Assembly (NCBI GenBank): GCA_002778785.1
Contig: PEZS01000011.1
Coordinates: 192,995 to 256,994, forward strand
Source of the DNA: Bdellovibrionales bacterium CG10_big_fil_rev_8_21_14_0_10_45_34
GTDB lineage: Bacteria; Bdellovibrionota; Bdellovibrionia; Bdellovibrionales; 1-14-0-10-45-34
Reading direction: 5' to 3'
Length of the DNA: 64,000 nt
The notes under the pieces were generated by a model. It worked only from the letters and a program-made list of their open reading frames with translations, made no database searches and was not told the origin of the DNA. Below, piece after piece: positions 36,830-46,682 of the stretch. The stretch's first letter is position 1. Every line of letters starts with the position of its first letter. A program made the translations under genes and the position numbers.

Positions 36830-38704
36830 ATGCGTTTTAGTGACGACTTCATTGAAAGAGCGCGAAGCAGCGCCGATCTTGTGGATATTATCAGCAAGAC
36901 CACTCAGCTCAAGAAGTCAGGTGCCGAATGGACAGGCCTTTGTCCGTTTCCGGATCATAAAGAAAAAACACCTAGTTTTAGAGTTAATGAAGTCAAACAG
37001 GCTTTCTATTGTTTTGGCTGTGGAAAGTCTGGCAACGTGTTTTCGTTTTATCAAAAGTACTACGGCCTTGGGTTTGTTGAAACCGTGGAGCTTTTAGCAA
37101 AAAAAGCCGGAATAGAACTTCCGAAGGCTACATCGCGTAGCATTGAAAACCGCTCAGAAAATCAAGATAGCATCAACTCACTCAAGGAGATCAACAGAGT
37201 TGCGGCCACTTGGTTTCACAATAATCTTATGGCACTTCCGAAGACCTCTTTCATCTGGAAGTACCTTCAGGGCCGAGGAATTTCTGAAGAAACCATAACG
37301 GCTTTTCAGTTGGGTTATGCGCCCGAAGGCTGGGATGGTCTAACCAATGAACTCACTAAGCGTCGCCTTTCTTTAAATTTCGCCTCTCAGCTCGGACTTG
37401 TTCGGGCCAGAAAATCTGGAAGTGGATACTTTGATATGTTTCGGCACAGGCTCATGTTCCCCATTACAAGCCCCACACAAGATGTCGTCGGCTTTGGTGG
37501 TCGAACCTTGGGGGATGACAAGCCCAAATACATCAACAGTCCCGAAAGCCCCCTTTTTCACAAGGGGCAAATTCTCTACGGATTGCATGAAGCCGCCAAA
37601 CATATTCGAGTCTCTGGCAGCGCCATTGTTGTTGAAGGGTATATGGATACTATCGCTCTGGCGAAAGAGGGCATTGGCAATGTTGTCGCAGTTCTGGGCA
37701 CAGCCCTTTCGGGCCATCATGTAAAAACACTCAAGAGACAGGCCTCGCAAATCATCGTGCTCTTCGATGGAGACCAAGCCGGGCAACGAGCGTCAGACCA
37801 CGCACTGCAAATTTTTTTACAAGAAGGCGTACCGGCGAAGTCACTCACTCTCCCCGACAAGCTTGATCCTGATGATTACGTTAAGGCCTTTGGCGCCGAT
37901 ACCTTGAGACAGCAGATTACTGGCGCGAGCGACTTGTTTATTGAGTTTCTATCGAGGCAAATGACAGGCTTTCATCCGGTACCGGCAGATCAAATTCGCG
38001 TGATGAAAACACTCAAACCGTTGTTGGCTTCGATATCAGACGGAGCGTTGCTCTCTCTTTACATCGATGAAGTGACTGGCAGATTGAATGTCACAAGGTC
38101 ATGGGTGGAGGGATTTTTAAAATCACCCGCCAACGACTCGCATAGCACGGTCAATAAGTATGCCAAGGAACCTCGGGACCATCGCGTTTCAGAAACTTTA
38201 TCTCAATCATTGACCGAAAAACCCGTTGGCTGGGTCGAAAGTGGTATGTCGGACACTTCGCAAGTATTAAAAGCAGACATCTCAAAATCAAAAAAACTAG
38301 AACTGATGGCACTCGCACTTTGCGTCTCTTCACAAGATTTGTTGGAGCAGTTTTTGCAGTCAGATGGTGTGAATGAAATTGTTGACCCAGCAATCAGTTT
38401 TTTATTTGAAAAATTGATAACTCGTTATAGACATGCTCCTACCCAGTTTGATAGTTTGGAGGCTTACCTCACAACCTATGTTGTAGAGGCAGAACCATTA
38501 TTTAGGATGCTTCGAATGAATCGATATGAATCCGTCGAAGCAGGTAATCAGTTAATGGCCGACTGCATATCGAGATTAAAGGAGAGGCGATTGAAGGTTC
38601 AATCCGATCGGATGACCCGCGAGCTCAGATCCAGCAGCGACCCTCTTCAGTTGGAACAATTCATGAATATTCAAAGGGCGAAGCAAAGGCTTAAAGATAG
38701 CTAA
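36830..38704 (+). CDS. dnaG: DNA primase
   Basis: Zinc ribbon CPFPDHKEKTPSF...CFGCGKSGNVFSF. TOPRIM motifs VVEGYMD and DGDQAG. Confidence 0.95.
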   Translation: MRFSDDFIERARSSADLVDIISKTTQLKKSGAEWTGLCPFPDHKEKTPSFRVNEVKQAFYCFGCGKSGNVFSFYQKYYGLGFVETVELLAKKAGIELPKATSRSIENRSENQDSINSLKEINRVAATWFHNNLMALPKTSFIWKYLQGRGISEETITAFQLGYAPEGWDGLTNELTKRRLSLNFASQLGLVRARKSGSGYFDMFRHRLMFPITSPTQDVVGFGGRTLGDDKPKYINSPESPLFHKGQILYGLHEAAKHIRVSGSAIVVEGYMDTIALAKEGIGNVVAVLGTALSGHHVKTLKRQASQIIVLFDGDQAGQRASDHALQIFLQEGVPAKSLTLPDKLDPDDYVKAFGADTLRQQITGASDLFIEFLSRQMTGFHPVPADQIRVMKTLKPLLASISDGALLSLYIDEVTGRLNVTRSWVEGFLKSPANDSHSTVNKYAKEPRDHRVSETLSQSLTEKPVGWVESGMSDTSQVLKADISKSKKLELMALALCVSSQDLLEQFLQSDGVNEIVDPAISFLFEKLITRYRHAPTQFDSLEAYLTTYVVEAEPLFRMLRMNRYESVEAGNQLMADCISRLKERRLKVQSDRMTRELRSSSDPLQLEQFMNIQRAKQRLKDS

Positions 38705-38738
38705 CCCATTGAAAAGACTTATTTTGGGAGCACGTTAA

Positions 38739-40553
38739 ATGGCAAAGAAAGAGACAAAAATGGACACAGTGACCAGCGTTAAAGTGATTTCCTTAGAAGA
38801 CCAACGAAAAATGGTCTTAGACGAAATACAGCGGTTTACAGCCGTTGCCCTTCAAAAGGGAGCCCTCTCAATTGAAGAGATCAATGAACAGCTGCCTGGC
38901 GAGATCTTAGCCGCCGAGGCTTTAGATGCTCTGATGCAAGGGCTTGATCGTAACAATGTCAAAATTATCGACAATGAAGAAGAGCCAGAAGAAGCAGAAG
39001 GCTCAGATCAGTTCCTTGCAAGCGCCGAAGAAGAGGAAGAAGAGGAAGCTGCTGAAGCTGAAGATCTAAAAGGCACTGACCCTGTAAGACTCTATTTAAG
39101 AAAGATGGGAAGCGTTTCTCTTTTAACCCGAGAGGGAGAGGTAGAGATTGCCCGTAAGATCGAACACGGAGAAAGACAGATTGTCCGAGCGATGTTGCTT
39201 TCGCCAGTGGGAACAAACGAGATCGTGCAGCTAGGCCAAAGGCTGGATGCTGGGCGCATTAAGGTAAAAGCTATTTTTAGGGGTCTTGAAGATGAAGAGA
39301 CCAAATACGATGAAAAAGAATATGTCGAAAAGATTCACACTCTCATTGATGAAGTAAAAAGATATCAGAAAAAGGCAGAGAAAAACTTTAAAGTACTTCG
39401 CGACGAGAATGCGAGCGAGGAGCAGATTCAAGAGGCTCAGGCTGCTTTAGATACAGTCATGAACGACCTTATGATTTCTTTTGAAGATATTAACTTCAAC
39501 CGAAAGACTATTGATCGCATTGTGATCAAGTTCAGAAATCTTGTTGGTCGTATAAATGACCTCAGAGGCCGCATAAAGGTTGGAGTAGAGCGAACCTTCT
39601 CCAAAAATGTTGAAGTTCTCCATGACAGATTTGAAGTCATTAAGAACGACGACAAAGAACTCGCCAAAATGACCCGAGAGACAGGCCTTTCTTACGAAGT
39701 CTTTAAAAACTATGCAGTTCGAGCGACCGCTGCCCAAGTACGATTGGGCCGAATTGCCAAAGAAACACAGATGAATTTTAGATGGATTCGCGACACCCAC
39801 ACTTCTATTTGGAAGGGTGAGAAAGCCGCTGATGCGGCTAAGGCTGAGCTCGTTGAAGCCAACCTTAGGCTTGTGGTTTCTATTGCAAAAAAATACACAA
39901 ACCGTGGGCTTCAGTTCTTGGATTTAATTCAAGAAGGAAACATTGGATTGATGAAGGCTGTTGATAAATTTGAATACCGACGTGGTTACAAGTTTTCAAC
40001 TTATGCCACTTGGTGGATCAGACAGGCCATTACACGCGCTATTGCAGATCAAGCACGAACAATTCGTATTCCTGTACATATGATCGAAACCATTAACAAG
40101 CTTGTTAGAACGTCTCGTTATTTGGTTCAGGAGTTGGGCAGAGAACCCACTCCAGAAGAAATCGCTGAGAAAATGGAAATGCCAGTTGATAAGGTCAGAA
40201 AGGTTCTTAAGATTGCTAAAGAGCCGATCAGCCTTGAGACTCCCGTGGGTGAAGAAGAAGACTCACATCTGGGTGATTTTATTGAAGACAAAAAGGTCAT
40301 TAATCCTTCAGAGGCCATTACAAATATGCACTTAGCCGAGCAGACAAGACGCGTGCTTGCGACTCTGACCCAACGAGAAGAAAAAGTGCTACGCATGCGC
40401 TTCGGAATTGGTGAAGAGAGTGATCACACTCTTGAAGAGGTTGGTCAGGACTTCAACGTCACTCGTGAGCGTATTCGGCAGATTGAGGCGAAAGCTCTTA
40501 GAAAGCTTCGTCACCCTAGCCGTTCAAAAAAGCTGAAGCTCTTTATCGAGTAG
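38739..40553 (+). CDS. rpoD: primary RNA polymerase sigma factor
   Basis: Acidic region 1. Region 2 [41 protein letters not shown]. Region 4 [28 protein letters not shown]. Confidence 0.97.
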   Translation: MAKKETKMDTVTSVKVISLEDQRKMVLDEIQRFTAVALQKGALSIEEINEQLPGEILAAEALDALMQGLDRNNVKIIDNEEEPEEAEGSDQFLASAEEEEEEEAAEAEDLKGTDPVRLYLRKMGSVSLLTREGEVEIARKIEHGERQIVRAMLLSPVGTNEIVQLGQRLDAGRIKVKAIFRGLEDEETKYDEKEYVEKIHTLIDEVKRYQKKAEKNFKVLRDENASEEQIQEAQAALDTVMNDLMISFEDINFNRKTIDRIVIKFRNLVGRINDLRGRIKVGVERTFSKNVEVLHDRFEVIKNDDKELAKMTRETGLSYEVFKNYAVRATAAQVRLGRIAKETQMNFRWIRDTHTSIWKGEKAADAAKAELVEANLRLVVSIAKKYTNRGLQFLDLIQEGNIGLMKAVDKFEYRRGYKFSTYATWWIRQAITRAIADQARTIRIPVHMIETINKLVRTSRYLVQELGREPTPEEIAEKMEMPVDKVRKVLKIAKEPISLETPVGEEEDSHLGDFIEDKKVINPSEAITNMHLAEQTRRVLATLTQREEKVLRMRFGIGEESDHTLEEVGQDFNVTRERIRQIEAKALRKLRHPSRSKKLKLFIE

Positions 40554-40683
40554 ACACCAATGCTCTGGTGGGTACGAAGCCCCTGAGTAATGCGTGGTGG
40601 CGGAAGAGCTTTTAGACAAAGCCGCCCACTCCGAATTATAAGTAGATCTCTCAGCTAGATCTGTGAAATTGTAATTTCTCAAC

Positions 40684-40760
40684 GGGCCGTTAGCTTAGTT
40701 GGTTAAAGCATCCGGCTCATAACCGGAGGATCCGGGGTTCGAGTCCCTGACGGCCTACCA
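40684..40760 (+). tRNA. tRNA with CAT anticodon (elongator Met, or Ile2 if lysidine-modified), CCA encoded
   Basis: Acceptor stem GGGCCGT/ACGGCCT. Anticodon arm TCCGG-CTCATAA-CCGGA. T loop TTCGAGT. Confidence 0.85.
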
Positions 40761-40763
40761 CTC

Positions 40764-41096
40764 TTATTTTGCACAAACCCCAGAGAAATAAACGGCTCCT
40801 AGTGCTGACCCCAAATTAATCAGTATGAGTGCGATGAACAAATAGATCTGCCTTCGTGAGCGGAAGTTGATGGTCCAGCCAAAACCGTAGGTCTTAGGCA
40901 CCCAACCACGAGGGTCGCTTGGGTTACTGTAAAACGACTTCCAGACCAAGAATTTCTTCATTTGCTCTTTGTCGGGGATGATCTCACCCCTATTTGGCCG
41001 TTTTGAGGTTCGCCCAACAACCATAGTAAAAAGCACCAGAACGAACGTGCTTAATATCGTAAGACTAATAAACACAACAAAGGAAGGTTCTAACAT
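40764..41096 (-). CDS. small membrane protein (DUF5808-like)
   Basis: Two TM segments flank WKSFYSNPSDPRGWVPKTYGFGWTINF. Confidence 0.45.
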   Translation of the reverse strand: MLEPSFVVFISLTILSTFVLVLFTMVVGRTSKRPNRGEIIPDKEQMKKFLVWKSFYSNPSDPRGWVPKTYGFGWTINFRSRRQIYLFIALILINLGSALGAVYFSGVCAK

Positions 41097-41200
41097 ATCG
41101 CCCCAGTCTGACTATTAAACATCAAATGATAATCTCCAAAAAAGAGGTAACTATTCAACAATGTTATATTATGGTCGAGACTTATACTCGGAGGAAAAGC

Positions 41201-41629
41201 ATGAACAATGAAGAGATTATAGTAGCGCTTAACGAAATTTTGGAGCACGAACTTGCAGGTGTTGTAAGATACAGCCACTACGCATTAATGGTCTTTGGTC
41301 ATAATCGAATACCTATATGCGGTTGGCTAAGAGGTCATGCATCTGAGTCTCTTACCCATGCAAATGAAGTTGGCGAATTGATTACGCGCTTTGGCGGGCA
41401 CCCCTCACTAAAAATAGGAAAGCTGCTGGAGACTCACAAACACTCAATCAACGATATTCTCAATGAAAGCCTAGATCACGAAAAGCATCAAGTGCGCACT
41501 TATGAGAAGCTACTGAAACTGACAGAGGGCAAATCAGTAAGTCTTGAAGAGTATGCGAGAAAAATGATTGCCGAGGAAGAGCTTCATATATCTGAAGTCG
41601 AAAAAATGCTCCGTACTTCAAATTCCTAA
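41201..41629 (+). CDS. bacterioferritin-like / ferritin-like four-helix-bundle protein
   Basis: IVALNEILEHELAGVVRYSHYALMV...ASESLTHANEVGELI...ESLDHEKHQ...AEEELHISEVEKML. ATG at 41201 has a GGAGGA RBS. Confidence 0.7.
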   Translation: MNNEEIIVALNEILEHELAGVVRYSHYALMVFGHNRIPICGWLRGHASESLTHANEVGELITRFGGHPSLKIGKLLETHKHSINDILNESLDHEKHQVRTYEKLLKLTEGKSVSLEEYARKMIAEEELHISEVEKMLRTSNS

Positions 41630-41775
41630 AAAGTGCACGTGCGATGACCACAAACTAGGTAGGGCAACGATGAGTTAGTAGCCACGACTGGCTAACGGGT
41701 AAACGGCAACTTAACGTTGCCGTAATGTTACTACTCGTCGGGCCAACGATAACTTAATGTTGTTATTATGTATTC

Positions 41776-42672
41776 CTAATCGTCAAGCCATTGGTAAACA
41801 ATCACGCCAACACCGGCGCCGATAGCTGCAATAAAAATTCCTGGGGCGATTTTGTGTATGACAGTATCGCCAATTTCAGAATGCCTTGTCCATTCGGCAA
41901 TTCTATTGCCGTTTCTGCCAACTAAGCTATGTTCCGGGAAGCGACTTTTCACCTGCGCTTTAATGTAGTCCCAATGTCTCTGACTCATTTGTGATAAAGC
42001 CGCCCCGGTGGCGATCGAGGCGACACCAGCTAGCGACAATGCCGCTGATGCCGCTGTGAAGTCACCTCCGAGCACTCCGTTGTATGGTCCCGTGCCGCTG
42101 AGAAAAAGAAAGCACGCTCCAGCGGCCAATCCACCGCGGACGGCTCCTTGCGCTGTCGCCTTTGAAGCCTTCTCCAGAGTTTGCCAGAATCTGTGGCCTG
42201 ACTTTGTTTCGATCGGTCTTCCGAATAGCCAAGAACCTGACCCGCGAATCACTAAGCCAAGCACCGCTCCACCAATTATCGACATACCAAGAGCCTCAAA
42301 TTCGTTGGTGTCTGGCCCATCGATGAAACTGGATTTGAATCCGTGGATACTACCGTCCGGTATTCCTACCCAGCTGAGCGATTTCCAGAAGTAACCCTCT
42401 TTGTCGTAATCGACGGGCGCGAAAACTCCCCGCCTTGGTGCCGATTCCACATTCATCACGGCAAGATTCTCTTCCTTTGCGGAGCCACGCGAATTTGTAT
42501 CTGCTGCAGGAGTCGCAGGTACAGTTGGTGGTAGGGGCTGTTCAATAGCGGGTGGAGCTGGAGAGGCCTTGTCTTCATGCGGGACGGGTTCTCCATAATC
42601 TTGAGTTCCGCAGCGAACAGAAATCACCAAAATGACAAAACTAAAAAGCACAAGAGCACTACGCGAGGTCAT
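41776..42672 (-). CDS. hypothetical lipoprotein or membrane protein with a Pro-rich linker and Gly/Ala-rich TM segments
   Basis: Signal sequence plus Cys (VISVRCG), PAPPAIEQPLPPTVPATP linker, and several G/A-rich hydrophobic helices. Confidence 0.5.
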   Translation of the reverse strand: MTSRSALVLFSFVILVISVRCGTQDYGEPVPHEDKASPAPPAIEQPLPPTVPATPAADTNSRGSAKEENLAVMNVESAPRRGVFAPVDYDKEGYFWKSLSWVGIPDGSIHGFKSSFIDGPDTNEFEALGMSIIGGAVLGLVIRGSGSWLFGRPIETKSGHRFWQTLEKASKATAQGAVRGGLAAGACFLFLSGTGPYNGVLGGDFTAASAALSLAGVASIATGAALSQMSQRHWDYIKAQVKSRFPEHSLVGRNGNRIAEWTRHSEIGDTVIHKIAPGIFIAAIGAGVGVIVYQWLDD

Positions 42673-42784
42673 AAAATCCTCCTGAAAAAGAGATTCGGGA
42701 CAAAAAACTGCACGACTCTATCCAGATGTCTACTGGTGAATGTTCCCCTGAGGGGATGCCTGCTTTCTTACGTTGTTTCATACT

Positions 42785-43435
42785 TTATTGCCCATTCGGG
42801 GTTTCTTCTCTGCCGGTACTTCTTGGAGGTAAATTTTCGTCTTTCTGCGTTTCTATAAAATACCGAGGGTTTCTGGACCGCGTGACAAAACTGCCCGGCC
42901 TTATGATTTGCCAAATATATCGAGAAGAAGTGACTTCATTGTCATTCTGATCCGGGAGCAAGTAGCGTTTTCGAAAGACTGGATATACCCACTTTGTGCT
43001 GTCATCGAGTGAGATTGCGGAGCTTCCGATCTCTTTCCCAGAGATTTTACAGGTAGTCCCGGTTTCGGTATCGCCAAGATTTAACCTCCTGGCCAAATCT
43101 GGATCCATATCCTTAGGATCACACAACCTGTATCTTGCATACCTGCCAGAGATTTCAGTTTGTTGATACTCCAACTGGCGGTAGTGCCATGCAAGTACTC
43201 CGCCTGTAGCTACCGAGAAAATCGCAGCCGTTATGATAGTGTTTTGGGTTTCAAATTGCTTCTGCTGCCCGTGATGAACAAACTGATTGCCTACGGCAGC
43301 TCCTACCACCGCGCCCGCTAGCATTCCTAGAGCAATGTTTTTACCAGAAGTTGCACATCCAGCAAAAGACAAACCCATTAGCAGAACAAATAGAAACTTT
43401 AAGTTATTCATCGCTTTCTCCTTGGGAAATTTCAT
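42785..43435 (-). CDS. lipoprotein, last gene of the T4SS-like cluster (VirB7/TraV-position, tentative)
   Basis: Lipobox LSFAGC followed by glycine zipper GMLAGAVVGAAVG. It overlaps the VirB10-like gene end (start 43435 or 43411). Confidence 0.5.
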   Translation of the reverse strand: MKFPKEKAMNNLKFLFVLLMGLSFAGCATSGKNIALGMLAGAVVGAAVGNQFVHHGQQKQFETQNTIITAAIFSVATGGVLAWHYRQLEYQQTEISGRYARYRLCDPKDMDPDLARRLNLGDTETGTTCKISGKEIGSSAISLDDSTKWVYPVFRKRYLLPDQNDNEVTSSRYIWQIIRPGSFVTRSRNPRYFIETQKDENLPPRSTGREETPNGQ

Positions 43436-44390
43436 ATCGCCGAGTCAATGCAACAAAAATGGCTTCACCAGCTGGCACAACAACGTACTCGACGGCGCTG
43501 TTGCGGATATCTCGAAGAATATCCTCTGCCACTTGAAACGAAGCTGTGCTTAGGCCGGCCAAAACTTGATTTTCAAGACTCACTTCCGGAACTGATCCAA
43601 AGGCACTCCCCGTTCTCTGCTGAGCCGCACCAGCAAATCCACTCAAAAAACCAAAGGCAAGAGCCGTTCCATACGTTTCTAGTTTGTTTGAGAAAAAGAG
43701 ACCATCAATCTCTGGCAAGGCGTTTCTTGAAAGCGCAAGACTGCTAATACGAGTTTCTTTTCCATTAGGCAATACAAGCGTATCAAACTCTACGATGACT
43801 CCCTTGAGGACTGGATTCAGTCTTGACCTGCCGATAAGGCGAGAGCCTTTGGGTATTTTCCTCACCGTATCCATTCGAAATTCATTTGTCGTTTCCGCCA
43901 TTGTGAAGGATCGCTGCACAGATGTTTTAATTGGCGTGATCAACTGCGCCTGAAAAACCGCTCCCGTCGGAACGTAAGCGTCAGAATCTGTAAAGGACGT
44001 TTCCGAAAAGCCACCCTGGGAGCTATCGTTGAGAATTATTTGGGTTGACGACGAATCTGCTAAAAATACCTTTCTCGTCTTCGGCTGGACGCTGGCTACG
44101 GTCCTTCGCCGGCTCACCTTCTGCTTTCTCAATAGTTTAACTTCTCTATGAAGCGCCTTGGTTTCCTGCTGGAGTTCCATGAGTTCCGCGACAGCCCTCA
44201 CGTCAGCGTCTTGGTCTGCGGTGGCGGCAGCTACTTGTTCTTTCTTCGCCGGATTCAAAAATAGGATCACTGCGACTCCAAGGCTAACTAATACAATGAC
44301 TGCGCCAACGAGAAAGCGGATCAACTTGCGCTTTTGATTTCTCCATGCGGCGGTGTCTTCTTTGTCTTTGATCAATTCGTCAATTCTCAC
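43404..44390 (-). CDS. VirB10/TrbI/TraB-like bitopic protein
   Basis: N-terminal TM LIRFLVGAVIVLVSLGVAVILFL and a coiled coil. C-terminal VPTGAVFQAQLITPIKT...IPKGSRLIGRS...VIVEFDTLVLPNGKE matches the VirB10 core pattern. Confidence 0.6.
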   Translation of the reverse strand: MRIDELIKDKEDTAAWRNQKRKLIRFLVGAVIVLVSLGVAVILFLNPAKKEQVAAATADQDADVRAVAELMELQQETKALHREVKLLRKQKVSRRRTVASVQPKTRKVFLADSSSTQIILNDSSQGGFSETSFTDSDAYVPTGAVFQAQLITPIKTSVQRSFTMAETTNEFRMDTVRKIPKGSRLIGRSRLNPVLKGVIVEFDTLVLPNGKETRISSLALSRNALPEIDGLFFSNKLETYGTALAFGFLSGFAGAAQQRTGSAFGSVPEVSLENQVLAGLSTASFQVAEDILRDIRNSAVEYVVVPAGEAIFVALTRRYEISQGESDE

Positions 44391-44839
44391 AACACACAGT
44401 CCTCATTAAAAACTTGGGTTATCTTTACGATGTAGTCTGCCTTCTCCTTTTCTACGAAACGCAAATCGAACATCAATTGAGCGTTTCCTTCAAAAAAAAC
44501 GAAAAGATTCGTATGAAAACTTTTATCCAATCCTTGAGCAAAATGCCCTTTAGTAGTGGATCTCAGAGATTCGATTTCTCTCATTTTTATATCTGGAATG
44601 ATTGCTAAACTTCGCTTCGACACTTTGTTTGTACTAATTTTAAAATGAATTTTGTCGGCGTAGAGAGTCAGTTTTGGTGTCTGATCAAATACCAACTGCG
44701 TCGTCATACCCAGCGCCAAGTTTACTTTAATTGGCTTACATGACGTCTCCGATACGATACGCATTCTATCCAAAGACCAGACACTTTGGGCAACCGTAAG
44801 GGCGAGTAGTAATTTTATTGCTTGCTTGAACATCAGCAT
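44387..44839 (-). CDS. small exported VirB9/TrbG/TraK-like protein (N-domain only)
   Basis: Signal peptide. KVNLALGMTTQLVFDQ...HFKIS...SLAIIP...TNLFVFFEGNAQLMFDLRF resembles the VirB9/TraK N-terminal beta domain. Confidence 0.45.
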   Translation of the reverse strand: MLMFKQAIKLLLALTVAQSVWSLDRMRIVSETSCKPIKVNLALGMTTQLVFDQTPKLTLYADKIHFKISTNKVSKRSLAIIPDIKMREIESLRSTTKGHFAQGLDKSFHTNLFVFFEGNAQLMFDLRFVEKEKADYIVKITQVFNEDCVL

Positions 44840-45984
44840 TCCCTTCTCAAAATTTCACTCTTAGCCCTTCGAGAAAGAGCTACGAGCCCGTCTTTCTTGT
44901 TCGAAGACCTGTTAGTGACGCTACGCCACCCACTTCTCACCGATCGATCGGCAGATAGGCTCTCGCTTTCAATGGTGTCATGCTCCTCTGTGCCATGACT
45001 TGCCTCTTTCGCCCGCACAGATTGCTTACGCATTCTTCTTTCTGCTTCTGCTTTTTTATCGTGAAGGTCTTCTACTTGATGGGTCAGCTCGTGAGTTCTT
45101 TTGAACTCTCGACCCGAAAGAAAATCATGCTTTATGATTTGAAATCTCTGACCAATGCTAGCGCGTGTCACTCCCGCCGCCCATAACCCTCCTCCGGCAA
45201 CCTTGCCGAGCGCTGTGAGACCTAAAAATGCCATGCCCCAACCTGCCTCAGATGGAAATATACTGCTACCCAAGTGATTGCCGAATTTCCTGGTTATTGG
45301 CGGCACGAAGAGCATTGAAATTCCTAGGACTAAAGACAAAAAATAATAATTTGAATCGGGGTGGTTCGGAAAGGGCTCTCCACTCACAATCGCTGGAAGA
45401 ATAAAGGCCACTAATACAATAATTGTCGTCTGCCAGAGAAAAAGTATAACAAGCTCTCGAGTGACCTCAAATAGCGCCTCTACTTCGTTGAAGAGTATGC
45501 CCTTCGTGAGGACAAATGGTCCTAGAACCGCAAGTAGGAAAAACTGAACCATAAAGAATGCGTAGAGTACCCAGTAGGCTAAGTTTGGTATGAATCTCGC
45601 CACCGTCTCGGCAGACCATCCAAATATTCTTGATGGACTATCAAGACTTGGAAATCCGAAACCCCTCCAGGAAATTCCAAAAACATCTACAACAAGATAT
45701 GTGTTGAACGTATCTATGAGGTTTTTCAAGGAAAGTACAAACACTGGCCAAAAGATGATTGCGATGACAATGACCGCAAAATTCCAAACTTTTTCTTCCA
45801 TTCTTGCGTCTTCAAACCTTCTCAGAGCAAGTATTCCGATCGAAGCAATAAGAGTGAGGGTTATTAACAGGGAGGCCGGTTCCGAAAATTGAACAACAAC
45901 CCTTTCAAACCAACCCGGTGGAAGCGAAAAAGCGGTTGCACGAACCGGAAACACATTGACCTGAGGGTATCCAAAATCATTCAC
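44833..45984 (-). CDS. polytopic membrane protein in the VirB6/TrbL position
   Basis: At least 6 hydrophobic helices and a charged C-terminal tail. Start overlaps the upstream stop by 4 nt. Confidence 0.45.
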   Translation of the reverse strand: MNDFGYPQVNVFPVRATAFSLPPGWFERVVVQFSEPASLLITLTLIASIGILALRRFEDARMEEKVWNFAVIVIAIIFWPVFVLSLKNLIDTFNTYLVVDVFGISWRGFGFPSLDSPSRIFGWSAETVARFIPNLAYWVLYAFFMVQFFLLAVLGPFVLTKGILFNEVEALFEVTRELVILFLWQTTIIVLVAFILPAIVSGEPFPNHPDSNYYFLSLVLGISMLFVPPITRKFGNHLGSSIFPSEAGWGMAFLGLTALGKVAGGGLWAAGVTRASIGQRFQIIKHDFLSGREFKRTHELTHQVEDLHDKKAEAERRMRKQSVRAKEASHGTEEHDTIESESLSADRSVRSGWRSVTNRSSNKKDGLVALSRRAKSEILRREC

Positions 45985-46682
45985 TTTTCTCGCCTCTCCT
46001 TCTGCAGTTCATTTTGCCGAGAGGCCCCCTCAAAAATGGCCGATCCGCCTGACCGAGCGCTTTGAGTTCTGAGAAGCCTTAGCTCTTCTCGAATAGCTTG
46101 CATCGTCGCGAGCATCTGAATGAGTTGACTTGATACTCGAACATTTGCTCGCCAGTTTCCTATTTGTGACTCTGCAATTACTTTGGGTACGAAGCCCGGT
46201 TCCGCCGAATTCAGTGCCTGCTCAAGCATTTTCTGCCTTGCAAGATCGTCCTGATTGGCTAGTACTCCGCTTTTCTGAAAGTTTATAAAGTCACCAGTTT
46301 TCATCTGTGCCTCGTCATCTCTTCCACGAGGATCCGCATCAATTACCTCTTTAAGTTGTTTGGCTTCAGTGAAGGTATTCTTGAAGCTATTGTTGGATTG
46401 AACCTCCAACATCGCCTTTTCATAGAGGGCGGTGCCTTGAACTTTCTCTAAAGACCTATCGACTCCGCTAGATAAGCGACCCAGTGATCGGTCGATACCA
46501 TCCAACTGACTACTTGATAACTTTGAAGTTTCTAGCGACTGCTTCAGGAGTTCAATTTGTTCCCTTGTTTGGAGCACTAGTTGCCTCAGTTGCATTGAAT
46601 CTGCAGATAATAGATTTGAAGATGCACGATTCGAAACAAAGCACAAACCCAACACAAAAAGAGCCACCTTAAGTTGATTCAT
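45981..46682 (-). CDS. exported coiled-coil protein in the VirB5/TrbJ position
   Basis: Signal peptide. All-helical and Q/L-rich, with C-terminal SSQLIQMLATMQAIREELRLLRTQ reminiscent of TrbJ. Confidence 0.45.
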   Translation of the reverse strand: MNQLKVALFVLGLCFVSNRASSNLLSADSMQLRQLVLQTREQIELLKQSLETSKLSSSQLDGIDRSLGRLSSGVDRSLEKVQGTALYEKAMLEVQSNNSFKNTFTEAKQLKEVIDADPRGRDDEAQMKTGDFINFQKSGVLANQDDLARQKMLEQALNSAEPGFVPKVIAESQIGNWRANVRVSSQLIQMLATMQAIREELRLLRTQSARSGGSAIFEGASRQNELQKERREK

